Shown here: positions 39,501-51,150 of the stretch, piece after piece
Layout: every line of letters starts with the position of its first letter
Position numbering within the stretch: the first letter of the stretch is position 1
Origin: Lytechinus pictus
Lineage: Eukaryota
DNA: 64,000 nucleotides
Direction: 5' to 3'
Assembly: GCF_037042905.1 (NCBI RefSeq)
Contig: NC_087245.1
Span: 42,534,001-42,598,000, forward strand
Position numbers and translations under genes: made by a program
Notes under the pieces: model-generated
Seen by the model: the letters and a program-made list of their open reading frames with translations, nothing else
Databases searched by the model: none
Told to the model about the DNA's origin: nothing

Positions 39501-40515
39501 AGTGTGTCCCTGTTAAGTTTCATCAGAGGTGACACTAGTCACCAAGACGTCACTGACATCAAAATAAAGCAGGTTAGTGTCTTATCTGGAATGTACAACA
39601 TTGTTAAATCCTTTTTTCATAGACCTGGTGCCCACAACTCAAACCTTAGCAATGATCATAGAACATTTTTTAAAGATTAATTGTATCATATCAACATACC
39701 CCTGCTGCAATATCAGGATCAATTTGGTTGCTGATTGTGACTACATTGGCCACTGCACCATTGAGTAGCTCATCAAAGTCTTGGACAGAAGCAGAACTTC
39801 CTACATGGAGCAAAATACAGAGGCGGTTTTATGATTCATGTTTGATTTGATTTTTCATTTTATTTCATTTTCACATTTCAATATCTAAAGTATACAAGTA
39901 TAATCATATTTCAACATAACACAAATTTAATAACCAATGATAAACATACAAAGCACTATTCTCATGTACCTAGATTATCTTTCTTCTTTCTTATTGTTGA
40001 AACATGTTCAAATGAACAAAAAAAATCATTAATAGAAATATGGTAGACCATCAGGAGCTTGGAGCTTGAAATTGATGGAGGGTGTGATGTTCTTTTGAGC
40101 TTCTTGGATTAATTTTTGCGGGAGAGTGAATCCCACAAGTCACACAAAAAACTTGCACGAAGCGATGTGACAAGGCCTTTGTAAGATTGAATATGACTGT
40201 TTTTCATCTTATCATGGGAAATAGGGTTTCAAGACATTTGCTCCTGTGATAATTGCTCCGCTCTAAATTCCACATCTTCGACGAAATTAAGCCTAGAGCA
40301 ACTGTCACAGGGGCAAATGTTGTGTCACTGAAAGTAGAGTACTACTCACCCACACATAGTTCAGTGTTGACCGAGGTCAAGGTCGAGATGACCTCTTCCA
40401 GGATGTTCCCAAAGTCCTTGGTAAGTTCTACCTTTTTGACAGTGTCTGCAAGTTTCCTGAGATCTCCTGTCTCTTTACTCAGCTGCTTGACCAGGTTCAG
40501 AGCCTCAGTCGCCAT
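28344..40515 (-). CDS. CAP: Adenylyl cyclase-associated protein (CAP/Srv2), complete spliced CDS, 12 coding exons, 498 aa
   Basis: Exons 40350-40515, 39700-39800, 37457-37534, 36925-37068, 36505-36590, 35837-35942, 34897-35077, 33429-33619, 31717-31840, 30393-30475, 29592-29738 and 28344-28433 all have GT-AG boundaries with compatible phases (1497 nt including TAG). The translation shows the helical folded domain (SVQDFDELL, FFNNIAAIAES, KPAPYVREM..AMFYINKILKEF, HVDW, HHLTGVTW), a polyproline stretch, WH2 (RTALFASLNQGEAITSGLKKV, MKTHKNPELR) and the CARP domain (KQSVYIYKC, IDKTDGCMVYLS, SAKSSEMNILIP, EYALPEQY). Confidence 0.96.
29592..29738 (-). CDS. CAP: CAP coding exon 11 (ITGTAHIVNIDKTDGCMVYLS...SAKSSEMNILIPSGEDGDY)
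   Basis: tttttctacag acceptor, GTAAGT donor; CAP C-terminal signature. Confidence 0.96.
30190..30355 (-). mobile_element. Short SINE relic with 7SL/Alu-like 5' head and Deu-like domain
   Basis: Minus strand reads GGGCATTGTGGCATGCACCTGTCATCCACGCTTC...GGTTTGAGCCCTGG...CTTCTGGATGGTGACGTTACAGGTCAGCCCC...AAAAGAAAAAAA. Confidence 0.5.
30393..30475 (-). CDS. CAP: CAP coding exon 10 (SCKKVGVVCESVLGSLDVVNCQSIKMQ)
   Basis: gtttttag acceptor, GTTAGT donor; CARP repeat. Confidence 0.95.
30639..30813. mobile_element. Small palindromic MITE
   Basis: ggggctgtttcataaagctgttcgtaagttaagagtgac ... gtcactcttaacttacaaatagctttatggaacggcccc. Confidence 0.75.
31181..31529. mobile_element. Internally deleted copy of the 12727-13533 Tc1-like MITE
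   Basis: Same TIRs and TA flanks; the central ~460 bp is missing. Confidence 0.9.
31717..31840 (-). CDS. CAP: CAP coding exon 9 (EYYSNN...KQSVYIYKCDNSVINIPNKVNSVTV)
   Basis: ttctag acceptor, GTATGA donor; CARP beta-helix. Confidence 0.95.
31899..32437. mobile_element. Kolobok-like MITE (second subfamily), TTAA TSD
   Basis: TTAA|AGGAGTACTACGGGCTGAAAAT ... ATTTTCAGCCAGGAGTACCGCT|TTAA; related copy at 58227. Confidence 0.8.
32920..33410. repeat. ~72-78 bp minisatellite (~6.5 units) in the CAP intron after exon 8
   Basis: ggcatgaaatctgcataaatcatggtttcaaccatcgatttgaaacca recurs at ~32962, 33037, 33108, 33184, 33262 and 33340. Confidence 0.9.
33429..33619 (-). CDS. CAP: CAP coding exon 8 (LKKVTNDMKTHKNPELR...KKWDV)
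   Basis: ctttcttcaaccaag acceptor, GTAAGT donor; WH2 LKKV and THKNP signature. Confidence 0.95.
34015..34250 (-). mobile_element. tRNA-derived SINE with CORE-like centre and L2-like tail
   Basis: B box GGTTCAAATGCC, then gtcctttggcaaggcatttatctac...ccacccaggtgtagtaaacgggtacc. Confidence 0.7.
34897..35077 (-). CDS. CAP: CAP coding exon 7 (polyproline region and start of WH2)
   Basis: atctag acceptor, GTAAGT donor; PPPPAGGPPPPPPP...SRTALFASLNQGEAITS. Confidence 0.95.
35837..35942 (-). CDS. CAP: CAP coding exon 6 (DPRHVDW...HHLTGVTWNRQ)
   Basis: aacag acceptor, GTGAGC donor; conserved CAP motif. Confidence 0.95.
36505..36590 (-). CDS. CAP: CAP coding exon 5 (PSKPAPYVREMESSAMFYINKILKEFRQ)
   Basis: cttttcacag acceptor, GTTAGT donor; conserved CAP motif. 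Confidence 0.95.
36743..36895. repeat. (CAT)n/(CCT)n compound microsatellite with an internal ~60 bp duplication
   Basis: Direct reading. Confidence 0.9.
36925..37068 (-). CDS. CAP: CAP coding exon 4 (NILKELVGPTF...FFNNIAAIAESAEMMLWIGM)
   Basis: gaag acceptor, GTAAGT donor, 144 nt; homologous to the FNHLSAVSE..LGWV motif. Confidence 0.92.
37457..37534 (-). CDS. CAP: CAP coding exon 3 (VGLLKEGFVTQRAFLAIAAESKQPNE)
   Basis: gacag acceptor, GTATGA donor, 78 nt, phase 0-0. Confidence 0.92.
38070..38379 (-). pseudogene. hAT transposase N-terminal remnant with BED zinc finger
   Basis: FRVEYLTRWP..ARCTVCQCDFTISHGGANDITAHIKR*KH...IGHFF...IRAETLMA; in-frame TAG at 38188-38190. Confidence 0.85.
39009..39150. 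mobile_element. 142 bp PIF/Harbinger-type MITE nested in the hAT element, TTA TSD
   Basis: TTA|AGGCCACCGCACACCTTACGACC ... GGTCGTAAGGTGTGCGGTGGCCT|TTA. Confidence 0.9.
39700..39800 (-). CDS. CAP: CAP coding exon 2 (SSASVQDFDELLNGAVANVVTISNQIDPDIAAG)
   Basis: ccatgtag acceptor, GTATGT donor; start of CAP helical folded domain. Confidence 0.92.
40350..40515 (-). CDS. CAP: CAP coding exon 1 (MATEALNLVKQLSKETGDLRKL...ELCV)
   Basis: ATG in ccaagATGG context; acceptor tttctcccag at 40541-40542 (exon starts 40540 with short UTR); donor GTGAGT; phase 1 matches the next exon. Confidence 0.85.
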
Positions 40516-40564
40516 CTTGGAAGACTAAATACTATGGTTGCTGGGAGAAACAAACAAGAAAACA

Positions 40565-42070
40565 AACTAGCACATCAATGATGTGGAGCTCATCCGGCAT
40601 CTCGCAATGAAATTTAACACAATTTTAATTTCAGCCCAGTTGACACTATAGTGAATTATATTGGTGACATAAATTGAGGATATAGAATTGAAATTGATGA
40701 AGAAATGACATAGAAGCATTTTTTGTGATCTATGAATAAATTTCATAAATAATAATAATACGACGTTGCTTATATAGCGCATATCACTACCCATGGGCGT
40801 CTCTATGCGCTTATAAATTAATTCATATAAATTAAGCATAAATAATTTTCTAGTAAAAATTTCTTAACTCGTGTGTAGAACCTTGGCGAACCTCATGTAG
40901 CTCTCAGATGGAACAAAAATAATCAAAATCAATCAACAAATAAATAAGTATTTTTTGTGAGTTTAGAAAATATATGAATAAATTAGCATACCTTTATTTA
41001 ATGAATTTCAAAATTCTGTGTTGAAATTTTGTATTGATACCACCTCGAGCTACATGTATCATATAAAGCAAACAATGAAGAAAAAACATTTTTTTTGTGA
41101 TTTATAAATATATTTTGCATAAATTAGCATAAATAATTTTCTGGACGAAATTTCAAAATTTTGTGTACAAGTTTGGTGAACCTCATGCAGCTCTACCAGA
41201 TGGAAAAAAAAATCAAAATCGGTCAACAAATAAAGAAGAGGCATTTTCTGTGATTTATGAATTTCGCATAAATTAGCATAAATAATTTTTTACTGAAAAT
41301 TTCAAAATTCTGTGTAAAAGTCTGGTGAACCTCATGAAGTTCTACCAGATGGAAGAAAAAAAAAATCAGTCAACAATTAAAGAAGAAGCATTTTATGTGA
41401 ATTTTAAAAAAATACGCATAAATTAGCATATTTAATGAGTTTCAAAATTCTGTGTAGAAGTTTTGAATCCCCCACCTAATGCTATCATATAAAGAAATCA
41501 GACTTGGAGTGACAAAGAAGAAGCATTTTGAAATTCAGTCAACAAGTAAAGAAGAGGCATTTTCTGTGATTTATGAATTTTGCATAAATTAGCATAAATA
41601 ATTTTCTACTCCAAATTTAAAAGTTCTGTGTGGAAGTTTGGTGAACCTCATGAAGCTCTACCAGATGGAAGAAAAAAAATCAAATTGGTCAACAAATAAA
41701 GAAGCATTTTATGTGAATTTTTAAAAATATGCATAAATTAATTTTGCATAAATTAGCATAAAAATTGATCTAGTCAAAATTTCAAAATTCTGTGTAGAAG
41801 TTTGGTGGACCTCATGAAGCTCTACCAGATGGAAGCAAAAAGTCAAAATTGGTCAACACATAAAGAAGCATTTTTTTTTAATTTTGAAAAATGCGCAAGT
41901 TTTGAATCCCCCACCTAGTGCTATCGTGTAAAGCAAACAGAATTGAAATCGGACTTGACATGGCGAGGAAGCATTTTGAAATTGTGGACGGTGGACGGAC
42001 GACAGACGACGGACGACGGACGCCACGCCACGGCATAAGGTCATCTGGCCCTTCGGGCTTGGTGATATTA
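40565..42070 (+). mobile_element. Helentron-associated (HINE/pearl/Tsp-like) non-autonomous element
   Basis: aactag start, gagctcatc subterminal motif, tandem core repeats (aaattagcata...gaacctcatg.agctctaccagatggaa), (GACG)n microsatellite at 41986-42022, 3' hairpin ggcccttcgggc. Confidence 0.7.
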
Positions 42071-42482
42071 TCAAGTAATGATTTCTGATTAGCACCCAAA
42101 TTTCAATCATCTCTGCATATATATAGATAAACAAGCAAACTTCCAGAGGTTCTATCGCATCAGCCAGAATACCCCTGAATTAGCTCAAAATAAGGATTCT
42201 GTGTATAGATCAGAGCTAATGTTACAGTACATGTATTTTTAGCTCTGAACAGACACAACGATGTCACCACTTCCCATACAATAACAGAGATGACTCATGC
42301 TAAGACTATGATCCAGGCTATATTACAGGAAATATACATGTACATTATGTGAATTCAATTATGTTGGAAATATGTTTGAATTGGCAATGTACTTGAAATC
42401 AGTCACAAAAGACATGGTGAAAACTTCAAGATTTTTTTGTGCAGCGTCTTTTTCCTGCTCATTCTGATTTGCATGTCGTGGG

Positions 42483-43022
42483 CCGGGGGGGGGGGGGGCA
42501 CTCTCATTGACGAGTGGATACCATGCATGACCATGAGATTTCGAAAAGCACCATAAATAAGTATTTTCCATGTTCTGAAACCCTACCCTTAAACAAGTAT
42601 TGGAAAGAAATTGGTACCCTTGACAAGTATTCCCTGAATTGACCCCCTAAACGAGTACAACGATATCTTAATTGTTATGTCATGGACGTGATCACGGACG
42701 TCGGCTTTACCTTTACTTTCATTGGGTTCAGTACCACCCCAACACACCTCACTCAAATCGGAACTTAAACACGTAGCGTTGGGGCAAAAAGTTCATCTTA
42801 TATGTATTTTAGTCTTTTTATACCCTCAGAAGTTGTACCGGCATTATCACATAGTTTTCCTAGCTAAATATACCCCTTTTTCATTATTTTAGTGTTCTTG
42901 ACACCCACATCACGTACGTATTACGTAATGAGTCCATCTTGAAAAAGATATATTTTTTACATGTTTTGGGGGTCACGCATGGTATCCACTCATCAATGGA
43001 AGTGTCCCCCCCCCCCCCCCCG
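42483..43022. mobile_element. MITE with G/C-run termini and long TIRs
   Basis: gggggcactctcattgacgagtggataccatgc ... gcatggtatccactcatcaatggaagtgtccccc. Confidence 0.75.
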
Positions 43023-43821
43023 CCCCCCCCCCCCCTCCCAGATAGTAGAGCTGTTTTCTACTAATTCGAAAGTAAATCTCCCTTAGCCCCTCAAACCTAT
43101 ATAGATATAAATTTGTTTACACTACTACATGTGTATATATACTTGTATTTATGCTGTGATGTACTGAGTTTATGATGCAGGGATACTAACGCTTTAGAAA
43201 ATATTGCAGCATTTTTAAAGGAATGAAAAAACAAGACTTTTGAGGGTAAAAATGTTTATACATGTAGATGTAAAAGGTATTTCCAAGTTTTTCCAATAAG
43301 CAATAGTACGATTTGGGAGGAAAATGAAGCTTACAGTTACAAGCACATTATACATGCACATAGTGGTGGAACAAAAGGGCGGAAATCTTTAATGTAATGT
43401 TGCTCATAATATTACTTTCGCTTTTAATAGAACATTATTTTCCAATTATACGTATTGTGTCTTCTTCAATGAAGGAAGTGGAACATTGTTTTAATAATGG
43501 GTGCCACTCTCCTTGGAGGGTATTCCATGGATATACAGTTCATTAGCTTTCATCTACATATTGTACAGCAGTACATTCTTTAATTCTGTACAGTATGTTC
43601 ACTACACCAGTAGGCCTACATCATGGTTCAATCTTTTATGTATGAAAGTCAATCTGTCAACAAAAAGGATGAGGGCAGACCAACATATCATATTGCAAAC
43701 TTTAATAGACAGGGTTGATGTGCCAACAAGGAAGTTGGCTCAAATGATTAGGCCAACATACAGTTGTACTACATGTACATACTACGTATATTTAATCAGG
43801 AAATCAAAGTCACAGACTTAC

Positions 43822-43864
43822 CAAAACTACTGATCAAATTTAAACCCTTGGATTCCAATAAGCC
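43822..43864 (-). other. Candidate non-coding 5'UTR exon of CAP (43 nt)
   Basis: ccttttaaag acceptor and perfect GTAAGT donor in non-repetitive sequence upstream of the ATG exon, which itself has an acceptor and so needs an upstream exon. Confidence 0.35.
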
Positions 43865-44069
43865 CTTTAAAAGGTACAGAATGTGATACATTTTAAAGGT
43901 CCCATCTACCCCAACAAAAAGTAATTGGATGAAAAGAGAAAAAAATCACATATACGTGTAAAAAAATAACATTTCATCAAATCTTGCTTAATTTCACAAA
44001 ATAGTCGGAATGGAAGTCATGGCAGGTATTTGTGTACAATGATAGAACCAATATCAGCCAACATTTCTT

Positions 44070-46830
44070 TTATAATAATAATAATAAAATTACATTTCTA
44101 TAGCGCATAATATACGAAGTCTCTATGCGCTTCACATATATACATGAATTAAATATCTCAACTTATACAATATGGGCATTGAAAAGAATAGGATTAAATA
44201 TTCAATAAGTATACAGCATGGCATAAACCATGCAATTCATGGTAAAATATATCTAACAATACAATAGGTTTAATAACTCTTGACAATTCAAAATTCTGAC
44301 TTTTATTATTACAGTGCAAATAAAAAACTATAATCAATTGTTCAACAGGTACGTTTTTAGTGCAGTTTTAAAGGTCTGGATGGTGGGTGCAGTCCAGATG
44401 ACAAGCGGGAGAGAGCAACCGCGTAGCCAGGATTTCATTTTGGAGGGGGCGGTAAATGCACGCGAAGCGTGCCAACACTTACAGAGCGCGCGAAGCGCGC
44501 TCCCTAGGGGGTGGGTGCAGGGAGGAGGAGTTTCCCCCTCCCGCGCGAAGCTTTCGGTGTTTCATAAATTAAAATGAAAAGGAACCGTCTCTCTTGTCTC
44601 TAGTACCTATATCAGCCCCAATTCAGTTGACTATATTGTGATTTTGAACCTTGTTTTCAAAAGTGATTGTGAACGCACAAAAAAGGGATAAAATGGAGGA
44701 AATTAAAATAAAATTAACCCCACTCGAAGCGTGGAAGCTAAAGTGTTTTATCAATTTTTTTTGCAAAGAAAAGGGTCCTGAGAAAAGGGTATTCTCTAAG
44801 TTATATTGAATACTTCCCTTGGAAAGATCAGATTTGATTACAAACAATAATTTAGCGACAGTGCATATCTTTAACTCGCAAAACAGAGAAGGATATATGC
44901 CGGGAGGAAGATATTCCTCCCCGCGCAGAGCAATGAAACTCTGAAATTTCAAAGGGCGGACGTTTCGTCAAACGCAGTTATCTCTAATACCCCCATCGGC
45001 TCAAATTCAATTGTTTTTCCTTTAAGATTATTGGACTTCATTACAAGGAAAACAGTGCGCAAAAAGTTGAAACTTCTGCATGTGATTTATTGAAATTATA
45101 TAAAACAGGATGATGTATAATTATCCTGATGTGCTTCATTTTGAATGATAAAGAAATTTAAGTGTCATTCAAATTTCAAACTTAGGGTGCAGAACAGGAT
45201 AGGAGATGAATGTGTGTAGGGAAATGACATGAAGTTTAGTAGAATTTGATAAAAAATATTGCACTCTTTTATTTAATACAACACGAATTTTATACCTTCC
45301 TTTTTTTAAATTAGGAACCTGTTTGCCCCCGAATTATGGTTGTTTAAGTAATGAGCTGAAAAGCGGGATAAGTTGCCTATATGCATGGAGGTGACGGCAG
45401 AAATTGATATAAAGATTTTACCCGCCCGGAGCCGACCCGACCAGAAGTTGCGCGACCAATAAAAAAAAAGATAACTTCATATACTTCGGACTATCCTTAC
45501 TCTAATTTCATGCCCTAATGTATATATTTGAACTTTAACTGGCAAGAAACACATATATAGCTGAGGTGGAAAAACAGGGTTAGAGAAAGGGTGAGGGAAA
45601 CAAAGGAGAACTGCAATATTGTCATTTAACCGCGTGCAGCGCGGAAGCAAAATTCATGTATATAAATTTAGAGCAAGAATGAAGGAGTTTCTTTTTGAGA
45701 AAAAAAAAGAATAAAAAGAAAAACCCACAAAGCTACCTTTCTTTCCTTCCTTCGCTTTCCCTTTTTATCCTCTCTTTTTCCCCTTCTTTTTTTCTTTTTG
45801 GGGACGTTTTTTTTTGGGGGGGCGACCCCGCCCCCACCGCCCCCCCCCCTGGCTATGCGCCTGGGAGAGAGTTCCAGAGAGTTGCAGCATTGAAGGTGAA
45901 GGACCTATGGCCGTAGTACTGTGTCTTAAAACGAGGAACCTGAAGAAGATGCTTATTCTGTGACCTGAGAGCACGGGAAGGAGTGTACATTGTAGGTGTT
46001 GATGAGTTCAGAAAGATACATGTATGAAGGGCTTGAACCAGTAAGAGACTTACAGGTCATGAGGAGGATCTTAAAGCGAATCCGCTTGTCAATTGGAAGC
46101 CAGTGGAGGTTACGAAGCAGGGATGAGTTAGAAGTCAGGCCAGTACAATGTAGCTCTCTCTGTGATTCTAGCTGTTATGTTTTGAATTTTTTAAAGCTTC
46201 TGGAGGTCATTGGCAGAAAGATTTGGTAGGAGTGCATTACATGTGTCCAGTTTAGAAGTGACGAAGGCGTGAATAAAAGTCAAAGTCGTCTTTCGGTCTA
46301 AAACTCCACGAATTCGGCCTATCTTTCTGATGGATGACATAGCAGAACGATAAACTCCTGCAACATGTGATTTCCTAGTAGCATGCTCATCAAATACAAT
46401 TCCCAAGTTCCTAGCTTCGGCCATGGATTCAATGACTGTCTCACACCTACTGTTATCGCAACAGGAGTTCTAGGTATAAATTTGGAAGCGAGGTGAAGAA
46501 CTTCCGTCTTGCCATCATTAATAGCTAACTTGTTCATGGCTGCCCAGACGCGGATGTCAGCTATGCACCTATTCAGAGTTCAGACAAAGTATAGCAGATG
46601 CTCTCTCTGATCCGTTGAAAGTCAGATAGATCTGAGTGTCATCCGCGTAGATCATCGATTGAATGCCATGCTCAGATATGTCATGGATAGGGGCAGTGTA
46701 CAGTGTATAAAGAAGTGGTCCAAGCACCAAACCTTGTGGTACACCACATGTGTCCTCTACTGGTTCCAATGAATCATTGGCTACTCTTACCATGTGATTC
46801 CTTCCAGTGAGGTAAGATTCAAACCATAGT
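44070..46830 (-). mobile_element. 5'-truncated, frameshifted L2-clade LINE (RT C-terminal half plus 3' tail), interrupted by a hAT insertion
   Basis: GVPQGLVLGPLLY..YADDTQIY, NKLAINDGKTEVL, ARNLGIVFD, IHAFVTSKLD; LWNSLP..FKTALKTYL reads across the insertion; tail gcgcatagagac..gcgctatagaaat(tat)n. Confidence 0.9.
44416..45863. mobile_element. hAT-like non-autonomous element, perfect 8 bp TSD GGAGAGAG
   Basis: CAACCGCGTAGCCAGG ... CCTGGCTATGCGCCTG; TSD at 44408-44415 and 45864-45871. Confidence 0.9.
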
Positions 46831-46966
46831 TATAGTAAAACAATTTTTAATTGCTTCTGTTTCCCTCAATTATATGAAAGATTTGAATCCTCTCTGAACA
46901 TCTGGCATATTAAAAGCTCTGCATGTATTTGTGCAGCCCCTGTCATTAAATGAAGACCTTTCTTAA

Positions 46967-47575
46967 AGGTCAAGTCCACCCCAGAAAAAGTGATTGAATG
47001 AATAGAGAAAATCAAACAACATGTAGCATAACACTGAAAATTTCATCAAAATTTGATGTAAAATAAGAAAGAAACGACATATTTAAAGTTTCGCTTATTT
47101 TTCACAAAACAGTGATATGCATAATTCAGTGACATGCAAATGAGACAGTCGATGATGTCCCTCACTCACTATTTCTTTTGTTTTGTATGTTTGAATTATA
47201 CAATATTTCATTTTTTACAGATTTGACAATAAGGAACAACTTTACTGAACCATATACTATTAGACAATGCTAATTCCACATGTTCTGGGAGGAATTAATT
47301 GTTGTTTCACGTGACAATGAGAAAATTAGAATATTCCATATTTCATACATGTATAACAAAATGAAAAAAAAAATAGTGAGTGGATGACGTCATCAGTCAC
47401 TTCATTTGCATACCGACCAGGATGTGCTGCATAACTGTTTTGTGAAATTAAGCGAAACTTTAAAATGTCATTTTCTTATTTCACATCCGATTTTGATGAA
47501 ATTTTCAGTGTTATGCTTAAGTTGGATTTTTCTCTCTTAAATCAAATCAACTCTTTGTTGGGATGGACTTGTCCT
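46967..47575. mobile_element. Kolobok-like palindromic MITE, TTAA TSD
   Basis: TTAA|AGGTCAAGTCCACCCC ... GGGATGGACTTGTCCT|TTAA. Confidence 0.9.
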
Positions 47576-48237
47576 TTAAACTGTCAAATTCGTAATATTG
47601 AAATATTCTTCTGTACATGTAGTCTTACCGTACATTTCATTAAACAGAATACAAATGAAAGTGAGTGTATGACATTGACTCTCTCATTTCGGTATCAACC
47701 ATACAGTGTATAATAAAGTAAAGTCTGATTTCAATGAAATTTTCAGTGTTATACTGGTTTGATCTTTATTCATCAAATCAGTTGAGGTTAACTTGACCTT
47801 TTATCATCAACTCCTACATGTATGTTCTTGCTCCACATATAACAGTACACCAATCATATTGCCAAATGTTCTGCACCCAATCCCTGCAATACATGTCAGG
47901 CCCATCTACAAACTGATAAGAAGGCAATTGTACTGCAGCAGCCAATATATTTGCAGCTTGACCTCTACAATGAAATGACAAATATTACGAATAACCTCCC
48001 ATGCCATTGCAAGCGTCTTCGTCCATATTGCTGGTATGTTAATCACACTGCTTGGTATGTGGTAGATACTCAACAGACATTTTAAAGGGATAGGTCAGTA
48101 AAATTCACTTTTTATTGACTCTCAAGCCCACAACATACCCACCTTGAACATTCAAATATCTGTACATGATGTCAGATGCAGTAATAATGTGAAAATTACA
48201 GTACAATGCAAAGTACATGTACATGTATTACATAGTA

Positions 48238-51150
48238 GAGCATGATCGGTTAAGGGTTAGCATTGAGGTGAAATTTTTTTTTTTAGATATTTCTATCAAA
48301 ATTGCTTTTAAGATAATCTTTGATATCTCAGGTTTCAAAGAACTCAGTTTCATGAAGATTGATAAATCCGAAAGTACTGGAATAGTCCATTTTATTCGTG
48401 GGGGTGTTATTACCTCTCATCACGGACGGACATTTTTACTTAAATTAAATTCTCTCTAGTTTTATTGTTTTTAAAGTTATTCTAATTTGGTTTGGATGTT
48501 CTTGCACTTTGAACATTAATCTATTATCAAACATAAATTAGTAGAAAAAAAATATTGGGAAGTACTTTTTTTTGGTAGGTGTGAACATTTCCATTTTGAA
48601 ATTTCCGTCCGTGATGAAAAAAAATATAAAAAGTTTTTTTATTTTTTATCAGAATAGAAATAAAAAATAAAAAGGTGTAGAGGTATCTCACTAAACACTG
48701 TACATCATTTTATTTGAACATAGCTGAAATCCATACATTTTATCCATATCATAATCTCAATCAAAAATGATCACGGACGGACATTAATTTCATCACGGAC
48801 GGACAATGTAAATTCACTCAAATTCAATTCACTCTAGTTTTATTGTTTTCAAAGTAATTCCAATTTGGTTTGGATTTTCTTGTACTCTGAAGATTAATCT
48901 ATCATCAAACATAAATTAGTAGAAAAATATGGGAGGTAAACTTTTCTGGTAGATCTTAACATTCCATTTTGAAATTTCCATCCGTGATGAAATTAATTTC
49001 CGTCCGTGATCATTTTTATTGAGTTTATGATATGGATAATATGTATGGATTCAGCTTTTTATTCTTTATCAGAATAGAAACAAAAATAAAAGTGTGTAGA
49101 AGCATCTCACAAGACACTGTACATCATTTCATAATTTATATAGCTAAAATCCATACATTTTATCCATATTATAAATCAATCAAAATAATCGCAGATGGAC
49201 ATTAAATTCATCACGGACAGACAATGAGCAAATACTGAGCAGATTATGAATTTAATTTTAGTTCCAATTTGCAGTGAAAAATCGTACTGAGAATTATTCA
49301 GAACTCAAAAGGATGGAAACCTAAAACTCTTTACAATTTTTGTGAAGTCCTTCTTTGGCTGTTATTGGGGCTTAATTGTTGTAAGGAATTTTTTTTAAAA
49401 ACATAATTGGAATGCAGATAGAGTTGGAAGCTACATGTATGCCAAAAAGCAGGAAATGAAATACAGCAAGAATAGGTCAAAAGCTACATATTTCATCAAC
49501 TGAAGCTTGCAGAAAGTGATGGAAAAGAAGAAAGTAGAATGCATATTCTGATAAGCAGAAAAAAAAAATCATTTTTTCCATGTACAAACCTATGGATTCA
49601 CAATGCTTCTAATACCCTTTTCATAAACCCATCCTCCAATTAGCCGCCTAAGAGTAATGCGGATAATTCAATAAAAATTGCGTTCACAAACTCCAAAAAT
49701 TATCCGCATTATTTTTACGAGGCCCGTCCTGAAAAAGGCGGATTATCGTCATGGCAACCACACACACCCCCTCCGATGCGGCTGTGTTGGAAAAGGGTGA
49801 CCTTGTGACCGCACCATGGCAATCATCCGCATTACTTTGGAATGCGTTCATAAAGTCAAAATCTTGTCCAGATGCCGCTATTATGCGGATAATAGCAGCA
49901 TCAAAATAATGCGGATAACTCTGGTCCTCCTACGATTTTACGACCAAATTATGCTGCCATTAGCCGCATAATTGTGTTTATGAAAGGAGTATAACAGAAC
50001 ATGGCATCATGTCCTTGAGGCTTGTGAAAATAACAAGAATTCCTTTTTTTAAAGTCCATTTTGGAGCTAATTGCTGATCTGGTAATCTGAAAATGCATAC
50101 AATTCATATAAAGCTTGCACTGCAGTGTTTAGAAGTAAAATTGGTATTTGATTTCAATTTTGGATTCGGTCAGGGCCTAAATACATGAGGACTGTTGATG
50201 TGAAGGGGTGTCTCCACTTTAATATGGACAAAAGATGAATTTGAAGAGAGCCTGGACAAGTGTTGTGGTCGTACTTGATCCACCAAACAAGCATAATGAT
50301 CAGCAACCTGTGAATCTTATGGATTTACTTAATGGACATAAAAAAAATATGTGCTCTTCGAAAATGAATGCCTAAAAATGTATGAACATATGTATCATAA
50401 TGATATATCATAAAAAGTATCAACATGATCATTGATCCACTGGATGTTGATTTGGTACCAACTATTCTCTAAATTGAAAAGAAGACAATGTGCATTAGGA
50501 TATTTGATTTTGAAAAGAACTGTGTTTAAAAGCAATCATATGCCTTATTTTGTGTGTCTAGCATAGAAACAATGTTGCTACAACTTAAATCAAGTTGTAG
50601 CAACTTGATTGTGCAACTAATATTATTTAATCATATATAAAAATGTACAAATCATCAATACAATAGCATTTGTTCCCCCAAACAAGTAATAAGAACTTCT
50701 TACAAGGTACTTCCAATGTATTTTAATTGTGTCCGTCCGTGATGTCCGTCCGAGATGTCCGTCCGAGATGGAAAATATTTGCAATTCTCTCAGAAGTTTG
50801 ATATTGGTTAAGAATTCAATATGCTGAACATAGAAGCTAACATACCTGAGTATAAGTTGCATTAACAATTATTGGTCAAAGTTAAGCTATTTAGATAGAA
50901 ACAATAAAAATGTTCAAAAATTCTGAAAACCACATTTCTATCATGTCCGTCCGTGATATGGCACATTTAGTGGCTACCTATGTTTGTAGGTAACCATGGC
51001 AACAAACTTTTTTCATCATTCAGCATACTTTGTCCTACCCTTCACTATAAAACACAAAGGAACCATGTTCATCTTATTCTTAATTTGTTACAAGCCTTCA
51101 AAGTTTTCAAAATCTATCAAATGTCTGTCCGTGATGAACCGATCATGCTC
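48238..51150. mobile_element. Sola2-like non-autonomous element, 4 bp TSD AGTA
   Basis: AGTA|GAGCATGATCGGTT ... AACCGATCATGCTC|AGTA; many CATCACGGACGGACA motifs in both orientations; internal ~400 bp duplication. Confidence 0.75.
49613..49991. mobile_element. Harbinger-type MITE, TAA TSD, nested in the Sola-like element
   Basis: TAA|TACCCTTTTCATAAAC ... GTTTATGAAAGGAGTA|TAA. Confidence 0.8.
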
